Shown here piece after piece: positions 34,003 through 46,000 of a stretch of 64,000 bases of DNA. This stretch comes from Antedon mediterranea. Its lineage: Eukaryota; Animalia; Echinodermata. A program made the translations under genes and the position numbers. Every line of letters begins with the position of its first letter. Position 1 is the stretch's first letter. The notes beneath the pieces are model-generated. The model was not told the DNA's origin and searched no databases. It saw nothing but the letters and a program-made list of their open reading frames with translations. Location of the stretch: contig NC_092673.1 of the NCBI RefSeq assembly GCF_964355755.1, forward strand, positions 4,216,001-4,280,000, written 5' to 3'.

Positions 34003-37000
34003 TCACGAACCGCCCCCTAAACATAACTGACACTTGCAGTCTCGCACAATCCTTACTGGGCGTTCGTAAACAGTCCCGTTCGTGCACGCGAACTCAATGT
34101 TTTTTATCCGCGTTCTCCTCGGCCGACAGCAGGATGCGTCGTTGAGACCGCACTCACCGTTGCACGTGGCGTGAGTGATTTCTTTACGACTTCTACAGAC
34201 CTCTTCGTCGTTGACATCAGTGTCTACAAGATGTGATGTAACAACTTCCTTTCCACAAGTAGTTCCTAATTGGGTAGAAAAATGTAACTTGATTAAGTGG
34301 GGTATTTTAAAACCAGAGTAAAAAAATGAAGAAAGGAAATGCACAATAATATGAAGGAGGAGGCAGACCGGACGGGCATTCCGACAGGTAAATTTTGTTT
34401 ATCAAGAGGTACTGTTAAAAAAAATGCAAGCTTAAATAAGAAGGTAGTGGAGGACCAAACTTAAAGCCTTGGCTTAATGCATCCTCCTCACACAATTGTA
34501 TTATAAATTTATGTTTCTGTTCATATTGTATTGTATTGTATTGTATTGTGTGAAACAATAAACTTAAACTTAAGCCTTGTCTACACTATCAAACTTTATG
34601 CTACAAAAAATATGTGCCCATATATGGACATGATGATGTCATATCACTACCATATTTAAGCATATCACTACCATATTTTTTTTCAAACAAGTTTCATAGT
34701 GTAGACAAAGCTTTAGAACACACATGTTTTTTGTCGCTTTTCCCCTTGAACAGTCAACCCAAAAAATCTCCCTCTGAACTAAAAAAAAAACTGCTTACTT
34801 GTATTACAAAATCTTCCCATCCAACCATCTTGACAATCACACTGCGATTCTGCATCACTGGTCTCGCGACAGAATCCATTCACACATTGGTGATCCATAC
34901 ACGGATTTGGCTTATCATGTGACGGACATCCTTTGATTACGTTATGGTTGACATCACTCGTGGACACATCGTAATAGACATCATTTATGGTAAACTTAGT
35001 AAAACAGCCTGTGAAAATGTCAACATTGAAATTAGTTTTGGGCATGTGGAAAAGATTGAGAAAGAAAACTAAACACTATTATAACAGTATGCTTGAGTGA
35101 ATCCTTGAATTTGATTGGTTAATTATGTACCATGTGTATGAAAAAAAATAAATAAATAAATTCAAGTCAAGTACAAATTTACAATAATTGTAAGCCTCTT
35201 TTTTAATGGTTCTACCACCAAAACTATGGTTTAAGAGGGCCTTCAACCTGTGCCAATATATTATTTTGGTTTGCGGTGCCCCTGTATTAACCCCTCAGCC
35301 ACTCGCTCACAAACCCTCGAGATTAAACAACAAGAACTTCAACTTACCTGAAAAGCTTGTGGCATTTCTAACATGAACTTGTTGCTGTGCATTCTTGACC
35401 TCTGCTGCTGGCAGTCCACCAATGTAGGTCTTCTCTTCAATGTCAAAATGCACATTCACTCCATGACTCTTTGACATCTGCCAATCGTCATTGTCCACTC
35501 TCAATGAAATGTTCCTCTGGGACACCTTTATGTTCAACTCGTGGAACTGTCCGTCGTTCAATTTCTCAGGACTGAACATCGTGATAACAGGATAGTTACC
35601 GATATCGTAACTGACACGTATTCTACCACGGAACAGCTCAACCGCGATGTGTTCAATTTTTCCGTGGTATAGTATCACTCCATATTCCTGCATTGTTGCA
35701 AAAACTGCTTGGATGTTGAGCGTTTCACTCGTGTCAATATCCGTAAACTGCAAGTATGCGCCGCGGTGCTGGAATTTCATACTTGTAATGATTTCGCATT
35801 TCTCGCCACGGAAGCCCGGTAAGCAACTACAACTGGTAGAGGCTGTTGCGCTGATGTACAAACACTGGGCATTGTTTTGACATTCATGGACTTCGCACGG
35901 ACTGGTACTTGCATAGATGATTGGTGGTATTTCACAATATTCACCTTCAAAACCAACAGGACAGCGGCACATGTACTGCATACCAACCTCTAGACAGTCG
36001 CCACCATTAACGCAAGGACGAGATCGACAATCCCGGTAGGTATCAGTACAATTTTGGCCTCTGAAACCAGCTGGACATATGCACCTATAAAAAATGGCAA
36101 TATTTTCAATTAATTAAAACACTACACATTTAATATATATAAGGCTTAAATTAATGTATATCTTAATTGTAAATGCAAGTCCATCAATAATCTAATTCAT
36201 TTTTAATAAAAAGTTTAAATACCTATAAAATGAGCCTAGGTCTTGACATATTCCATTATTTCTACATGGATTTATACCAGCTTCACACAAATCAATGTCC
36301 AATTCACAGAAATCACCTGTAAAAACAAAATAAAAATTAATATAAAAATAAATGTTATGAAATATTATCATCAACTTTTAGTAGGTAGGCTGCCTGCGTA
36401 GATTTGGGGTGAGTTGTAATCCTTTGTTTGTTGCCCAAACTGCTAATTGAAAATAAGTTTGTTCGGACCCGTTTGAAAGTGGGTACTAATATATAATCTG
36501 CAATTATATATAGTGTTCTATACTGGAAATATTCATTCTTCCAATCACTAGATGACACAGAAACTGGATGTGGTTAAAATTCACTTTACTTTTTCACTCG
36601 ATTCACTAACAATTCTATCACAAACCTTTGTATCCATGTTGACAATTACAAGTGTAGCCGCTTATCTCGTCAATCGAGCATGATGCGTTATTCTGGCAGC
36701 GATGGTTTCGGCAATCCATGATGAGTTCACAAGTAATACCACCAAAACCTGTTGGGCACTCACAACTACATAATAAAATAAGAATAACATTATTAGATGG
36801 TTGATATATACATTTTTGTTATGTTCATTAAGCTCTGTCAAAACTTTATGTGGTATGCCCATATATGGACTTGATTATGTCATTTCACTACCATGTTTAA
36901 GCATATCACTACCATATTTGGGCAAATCAAACTTTTTTTGTCGAACTAGTTTGAAAGTGTAGACAAAGATTTAGTTTTTATCTGTTTCTTTTACTGAAGT

Positions 37001-40000
37001 ATTTTGTCTAAAATATCAAAACATACCTGAATCCAGCTTTCTGGTCGACACAAGTTCCCATATTGTGACATGGTAAAGATGCACATTCATTTATTTCGGC
37101 TTCACAATTACGTCCTTCGAACCCAGGGGCACACTGACACGTATACTGTCCTATGGCGTCACTAACGCACATCCCATCATTCTCACAAGGGTCAGATAAA
37201 CATGGGTTACACTTATCTTCACCGCTTCCTTCTTGGCCTTCTGTTAAACAAAATATTTTTCAAAATGAATAATTTAAATTCTAATCAATGCAATTCATAT
37301 TTATTAGTACATGTACTGTGTTAACATTTTTATACATTAATAAGAATTTTGTTAGCAAACAATCTCAATAGACTCGAGTATAGTTCCTGGGCCATAGTTA
37401 CGAACATTGGCGAAAATTGGGAAGTTGGATTATACTGGGTTATGCATTAGCAATGGATTAACCAAAGTTATGCCGTAATTTAGTTTAGTTTCATATAAGG
37501 TACTGTACAGTATACAAATAATGAATGTTTATGAGTGCAATGGTACAAATAATGGCACGAGGTGAATGATGAAAGGTTATATCAACGAGGCAAAGCCGAG
37601 TTGATATAACCTTTCATCATTCACCAAGTGCCATTATTTGTACCATTACACGAATACAAAACATTCATTATTTGTTTTATATAACATCTAGACGTTTTTT
37701 TTTCGTACACAAAAATGTTTCAAAAAGTACTATTTAACGATCGTTGAATAGTGCGTACTATTGCACGCCATGTGACCCACATTTGTCCAATCAAATGACA
37801 GGAATTTATATAGGTGTTATATAATATATAATATTCAATTTTGGTCAACCTAACATGAAATATACTGAAAGTACGACGTAGGTTTGTTGGTTGGTCTAGT
37901 AGTAGGATTTTAATCCGAGGATAGAATCAAGACCAACCAAGCTTGTATTTGATGGCTACGTTTGAAATTGTTACACATATTCAGGATTTCTACATTGTAT
38001 ATTATATATATTTACTTACCGAAACAAATAAACTTCCTAGAGGGTGCTGTTAGTATTGGCTTGTATTTGAGGTCATATGGACCGTCGCATCTAGCTGTTC
38101 CTGGCTCACGGTAACTGTTTTTAACCCATTCTGATAACCATCTCAATTTACAGTCACAGTACAGAGGATTAGAACTAAGTGCTCTGCAACAAGAAATTTG
38201 CCTAGATACTTATAATATGTTACCTTTTTTCCTAATATTTTTCATAGACAATTATATAACAATTCAATCGAGTACTTTACTCCGCAATTCTTGTACTTAC
38301 AGATGAGTAAGCGATGTCATATCTTTGAACGCACCATCTGGGATGTGTGAAATTTCATTGCCATGAAGCGATCTAGAAATTGAAAATGTATATATTATTA
38401 TGCATGTAAGTATAAACCAGACGACAACATATAATCACAAGGGCTTGATACAAATGCAAAGAAGACTAGGGATATTTCTATATTAGTACAGACACCCTTC
38501 ACATAATTATTGTAAAGCTCTGTCAAACTTTATGTGACAAACAAGGCCAACAGCCATAAGTCGCGTGCTAAAACGCATAGTGATTGATACTGGACCGACA
38601 GACCGACCGACCGACCGACATAGTGAACTATAAGAGTCGCGTCTACGACCATATTTGGGTATTCACACTTTTTTTTTTGTCAAACTAGTAAATGTACTTG
38701 AATGTAGCAAAAAGGTGACTGTCTCTGTGGTACTATGAGATTAGATTATTATAAGCATACCAGTACTTAAAAGAAAATTAATAAAAAACTAGCAAATAAG
38801 CAATCTGAAATGATATGTATAATTTAAAGTTTATATTTTATTTAGTATTTCCTCTTTTACCTCTCTCGTGACAATTGCATTGCATAAATATTGTACACAT
38901 CATCCAAAAAAAACCAACTATTTTAAACATAGGTTTCAGCAATGTTTGGCTAAAATAAAAATCAGTGATAATACAAGTGGTCTTTCATAAATAGAGGAAT
39001 TTTAGAAGAGTAACAAAGGTTTGTGAATTTTACTTACAAAAGTCTTAGTGTAGTCAGTCCATTAAAAGCGCCCTTAGGAACACAGCTAACTTTGTTGAAA
39101 CTTAAAATTCTGAAATAATATAAAAGAATATATGCTTAAAAGTACATAAGACATATTACTAAATTACTTGTACCAGGATAAAGAAAATGTCACTTACATT
39201 GTTGAGAGACTGGTCATGTTGGCAAAAGCATTTTCTGGGATATATGTAATGAAGTTGTTACTCAAGTCCCTAGAAAAAAAAGTTTAAATATAAACACTGC
39301 CCTCAATAAGACTACATAACTCAATGAAAAGTTTATCTAACCATGGACCTATAAATTAGATTATAGGTCCATGATCTAACTACTGTACACCCATTATGTA
39401 TAACAAAATTACCATGGGGTTGAAGAAAGAGCGGGTGTATGCAGAAGTTAATTTAAATGGTAACGGTATGGGTATTATAAATAATGGGTCCTTCCCCCTG
39501 ATATGCCTTCTATTCACCAGACATGTATCAAAAACCTTCTTTTTCATAACAAATTAAACACAATCCCTTTTACTTATGACACACACCAATTTTCAGTGTC
39601 AAAATCATTGTTTATAATTATATATAATTTGGATTTCATTCCAGACTGCTTTCATTGCTAAAACATAATTGACATTGGAGTTGGTAATATCTATCTAACA
39701 CTGTTTAGTGTCATTCAATAATTAATAGTTTTAAAAAAATAAAAAACATAGTCAAGGCAAAAATTTATATAAATAATATCCTATGGCATTATCCTACATT
39801 TATACTGTATCATAACATAATATGCTAAACAATAGTTCATAGAGCCAATGCGATATACAGAGCGATATTGTTGTACAATTTAATTAGTTTTTATTACATT
39901 TTTTTGTACAAATGTTTTAGGCCTACTTGGCAATATTTTTTGTATTTCGATGTTATTTAAGGGGCAACTGACTCTTTGAGTTATAGTAATTGTTTTGCTT

Positions 40001-43000
40001 TAGTTGCCCCTGACCATTGTGCTTTGTTTCTGTTCTGTATCTGTTTATTGGCCGAATAAATAAATGAAATGAAAATGAAACATCTTTTTTATTGTTATGT
40101 AAGTAAATTGTACAGTACTTTTGTAAACATTTTTAGCCATGCAGCTACTTGTTTTAAAGCTGAATAAATAAATAAAATAGTGAATCATGATATATGAACA
40201 CAGTAGTGGTATACTTACAGTGTTGTAAGCTTTTTAAGTTTTGACAGCCCATGTGGTATAGAAGTCAGCATGTTATTATCCAGGTACCTTAAAAAACAAA
40301 ACATCAAATAAAGATTTCTTTTTTCTAAAGTTATATTCATTACAATTTGATCTTTAAAGTTAATTATTTATCGCTATTTTTTAAAGGAAAAAATGTCTAT
40401 ATCACTCACAACTCTGTAGCAGATAACGGAATATTGATAGGTGGTGTTTTGAGCTGTTTACGGCTGCATCGTATGACGGTGCCGCTGCAGGCGCAACCCT
40501 TAGGACACATGACGTCTGGTTGACATGTGTTGTCATCATTCACTGCAATAAACAATTAAACATGCTTATTTAGAGGTCTACATTTGCAAAACGTTTGATG
40601 TTTATACATGAACTATTTCTTTTTGTACAGGCCGAGTGATGTTTTAAATTTCTTCTTTCTTTCTACTTATATTTTGTCTTTATTTCTTTTAAAAAGAGAG
40701 ACTAACCACACCATTATATAATAATATAGGTTAATAATGGGCTACCTTAGGGACCTAAAATTGTGTCCCCTTAATAGGGGTTTTCCCAAATAGGGGATGG
40801 CTGTAGTGTGTTAAAGTAATATTGTCACTTGTTCATTCTCAGGAAAGTGTTCCCTTATAGAGGTACGTGTCTCCTGAATAGGGGTTGGCCCTAGTGTCAA
40901 AACATAAAACTGCCCTTCGTTCATTTAAGGAAAATAATTAATAGGATTAGCGCAAAGTGGTTGTACTGTATACATAGCATGTTACATGAAAGGAGTATTT
41001 TACCATCGCATGTAAAAGCTTCTTCCGAGAGATCTTCAAGTGGCAGATTTTGAAGTGTCGGCGGCTGCATACAGCGTGGGGTGCCTGTGACAAGTTGACG
41101 TGCATGCAGCCACGCTGATAACCACTTCAGGTGACAGTTGCAAATAAACGGATTGTTGAGAAGATTTCTAAAAAAAGTAAAAATTTGTAACAAATGTAAT
41201 TAATTATGCATTATTAGTTATCAATTGTTTGCATATTCTGGATTAAATATAGTTTGGTTTTCAGTGGCATATCATAATAAGCAAATTTTGTTATTTAATA
41301 ATTTTCATTCATTTATCTTTTTATTTCGGAATATCATGGTGACATAATATTATATCCATAGCAAAAGAGAGAAAAAAAAATCTTAATCTAACAGCTCATA
41401 GAACAAAAACAAAGATATGTAAATAAATAATAAATAAGTTTGTTTTGTTATATTTACTGAGAAGGCAATTAGCCAATTAAAAGAGCTGACTTACAAAGTT
41501 GTTAAAGATGGACTCATATCAAATGCTCCTGGCATGACACTTGAAATTTGGTTTTCGTACAGAGATCTAAAGAAACAAAGATGAAAATGACAGTTAAGAT
41601 GACATTTAAGAATATAACCATCAATCAAAATTGCTTTCCAAATCTAATCTTTCCCTCGATGGAGACCTTATCAAGCGAAGATCTAAGAAAAGTGCTAAGC
41701 AGTGAGTCATGGATAGATGTAAACAACCGGAATCAACAATTTAGATAGATTCTCTTCTACTATTCCTCATAAAAAAATACATCAATTATATCGCTTCTTA
41801 TATAAAAACATCTCAGGCACAGAATAAATTCTAAACCACTTGGTGATATACTGAAAATTAATTAATTTGAAACAATAAGGTGAGGAAATCTGTGATAATG
41901 AGAAATAGTCACCCCAAACAAGATTCAAACCCAGAACCTTCTGCTTGATATGCAGGTGTCCTAAACATTAGACCACAGGGGCTTTCATGGTTATATATAA
42001 AATTTAGAATGATAGAGTTTATTGGTATACACATTTTACTTACAGTAATTGGACAGATCGAAGACCAGCAAACGTCTCGTTGGTTATGCATGATAATCGA
42101 TTATTTCTCAATATCCTACAAAAAAAGTTTATTTATAATGTGAAAATAATTATCAAAGTAATCATAAAAAGTAACAAAAATAAAATTTTAAAATTATGTA
42201 TATATCCCTTGTGATATATTTTTAATAATATTATACCACCAGGGATTTTTAAGATTCACTTAAAGTATCAATCACAAATTTAACTTTCACATTTGTAAGT
42301 GTTTGACCATATTTGGTTAAGATGAGGCATCATACAAAGACCATATATGGTCATACAATTATGACACAAGTATACAATATACAGCTTCTATGAAGGAACA
42401 CCTCTATTAAACAAGTAATAATAAAAGTAACTATTATCTTGAATATGCAATAAATGGGTTTTAAAACACAATAGCTTATCACATCATTTGCAAAATGGTG
42501 CAGTGAGCTACTAGCATTTCACCTTGTCAACCAGTCAAGACCAGCAGAAGTTGGTTTTGAACTAGGCTCGTATAAAATATATAGACCTAGGATAAAACCA
42601 AGCAAGTACAAACAAAATTATGTGCATTTTAATTTTTAAAGAAAGAAGAAAAACAATAACAAATATATGTTAAAATGTTATATAATTTGATTATGCAGTT
42701 AGTATATTATTTTTTATATTAAGAGTTAAAATCAAAACTCATGCCAATTTTAAAGTATGAAAACAAATAGATGGAAAGAATGATTGTTTTTGATTAACAT
42801 GTAGAAATATAGGGTGTTAATATAAATAAGTAATAAAGAGAAACATGTTCAAGAATAAAAGTTGTTTTATTGTGGAAATTTTTGACTTCTGAAGTACTGT
42901 AGCCTAACAACCACAGATACAACATTTATTAAGTGCAACTCGGAGAAAGATACTAAATGTGACAGTTGAAATTAGATAAGCTACTGAAAATTTAAAAAAA

Positions 43001-46000
43001 GGGAGGATCATGGCAATTATTTCACTTTTTTGATAAATCCATTACTTAAAATACAAAATCCATTAAAAGATAAATTTTCCTGCAGGCTACAGTTTAAATT
43101 CATCATTGAAATTTACCACCTAAACTATCATCCTTGATTTAATAATGTGGTACAGAACGGATGTACATATATGACAAAACGTGATCATTTTGTGAATTCA
43201 TTACAGATCCTAAGCCTTGGGGACTGGTGTATTTAGATGCAATTTAGTCCAATCTTAATCAAATCTTCTGTGTTTCATTACAAATGTTCATATTGAGATT
43301 AGCAGGTTTCCTTAACATTTAACATAGGAGTGAGAAATGTTTGAATTGTCGAAATGGAAAAGGTGGATGACAAATTCAGCATGTTATGGGTAACATATTG
43401 AAATGTTTGAAAAACATTTATACGGAAGCATACGCCAAATAGTTCTTCTACGGAAGTATACGGGACATATTTTATAGGGTGTAATCATGAAATGACAAGG
43501 ACAACAGATTGATACGCCACAGAAATTGATAAAATACAGAATTCTACCAACTCCGTAATTAAATTCTAAAATCGAGTGCCTGTAATAAATTCATGCTTCC
43601 GTGTAGTCGATAACATTCTGTTGTTGATTGAATCCAAATCTAAAATTTGTTTAATACATTATCAAGAAGACTACAACCAACCAATGGAAGCTCATTAGTT
43701 GTTGAGTCATAGACATAGTGTTTCCCTAGTGTGTGTTGTATACGTGTCTTCCCCTTTGATATTGCCCCAGCGTGTGAATAAAAAAATCGCATGGGATATG
43801 CATGCCTACCAACTTTATTACCATCATAAATATAAAATCAATTAGAGTATGATTAAAATTCAATTATTAAGCTTCAAATCAGCTAGAAACGATTTAATAC
43901 AGTAAATAAAAAATTATCAATCATAATAAATTAATGAAAATTTGAATAAAAAAAAATATAAATTATTTTAAATTTTCTTTTTGAATAATTTGTATTTTGT
44001 AGTAATCTGTTTTTGAATGTACTATGTGTAACACTTAAACAAACGTATATGTTTATCTGAATACGTAAAATAAAAAACACATTAATATTCATATTAAATA
44101 TGTTATTCAACTGATACGTCAATGTAGTAAATGTACGTAAATGTATAAAAGCAAGAAAAATAATACAGTAGTTATAAATGAAGAGAAAATTACTAGGCTT
44201 AGATTATGTAAATAATATGCAAATGAAGTGCAATAACCCAACCGAAAGATGAGGAGAGTAATTAAAACCAAGAAAGCAAGATTTGAAAGCAGAAGAATAT
44301 AATATATAGCATGAAAAAACATCATGTGGTTGGTTATTCAAATAATATAGTTACGTTATAACAGTAGATAAGTATAAAACATCTGATATGTAAATGATAT
44401 GTAAATGAAGTGCAATGACCTGACCAAAAGATGAGAAGAGTAATTGAAACCAAGAAAGTGAGATTTGAAAGCAGAAGAATATAATATAAACAATGAAAAA
44501 ACAGCATGTGGTCATTCAAATAATATAGTTACGTTATAATAGTAGATAGTATATAAGTGTGAATCATCTGATATGTAAATGATATGCAAATTATATGCAC
44601 ATTGTCATTATACTGAATTAAAAATATTAACAGTGATCAGATTAGTTACATGGCTTTGAAAATGATATTCAGATATTGAACAGATTCTGAAACCAGAGAA
44701 GAGAATACAGTAATACACAAAACAAAAGAATTATGCAAATGATATGCAGATGATATGCAAGTGAGGAGATCCATCATTGGTTGCCAGATACTTACAGTAC
44801 TTTCACAGAACTTAGCCCGATGAAAGCATCTTGGACCAGTTTGCTCAACTTGTTATTTGTAAGGTACCTTCACCAAGTGAAAACAAACAAATACTCAAAA
44901 GGAAAAACGAAAACAGCAAAAAGAAAATTCTACGAATGCAAAACTACAACAGCCCTTCAATTATGCATTCGTTTCATGCATTTTGTTAATCATTTTAATA
45001 GGGCAATAGTTTATTTAAATTGACTCTGTACTGCTTTGAACTGTTTAAAAAAAGGCATTAGCATTTAGATTGAAATAATTTACTAGTCTAAAATCTGTAA
45101 TTGTTAAAAGTAAATTCTACATATATAAAGATCATTCTACATCTAAATTGTAGTCATTTATTTTAAAAGAAAAAATCAAAATATAAGTCAAAAAAGTCTA
45201 AAACTGATACAAATATTGGTTTTCTAACAGTGCTTTAACATAACTAATTAGCAATAACTAACTAAAATAATCTAGTTAATAATCTACAGAAGAAAGCCAC
45301 TTTTTGTTTTAATCATGCATTTTAGTTTTATCATACTTACAAACTTAGTAACTTAGATGCGCCTGTAAAAGCCCCCTTTTCTATGATGGATATTCTGTTG
45401 GTTCTTAAATCACTGAAATAAACAAAAAATATAACACAAAACTTGTCAAAATGTCAATTGAGGGCTTTCTAATAGAATGATTTGCTTTACAATAATACAT
45501 ATATACATATCATGTATGCTAGCATATGAAAAAAAAATAACAAATGTTTTATTTATTTTTGATATATACCTAGCTCTACCAATGGTATTGAGTACTATCT
45601 AGTAATATCTCTTTACTCATATACATACATATACTAATGAAGAACCTGGGACAAATTCATTTAATCTTCTGAAACTCTCCATTGCAAATGGTTTGCTTTC
45701 CTTATTGCCAGAAAATTACAAGATTGAGGCAAGCAGAAGAAAATCAGATTACCAAATAATTCTGTCAGAGAGACTTATTACAACTTTACAATGTATTTAA
45801 TGCATGCAACCAGATGGGAAACTACACTCACAGAGACTGAAGATTTGGAAGCTTGTTGAAATAACCATTGGCTGATATTCTTGGAATTTCATTATTGTTT
45901 AATTTTCTGAAAAACAAGAAATATTATTTTTATATACATAAATAGTTAAAGATGTTATTTACAAAGACAGCCATCACTATTCTTCTTGAAGGAGACAACC

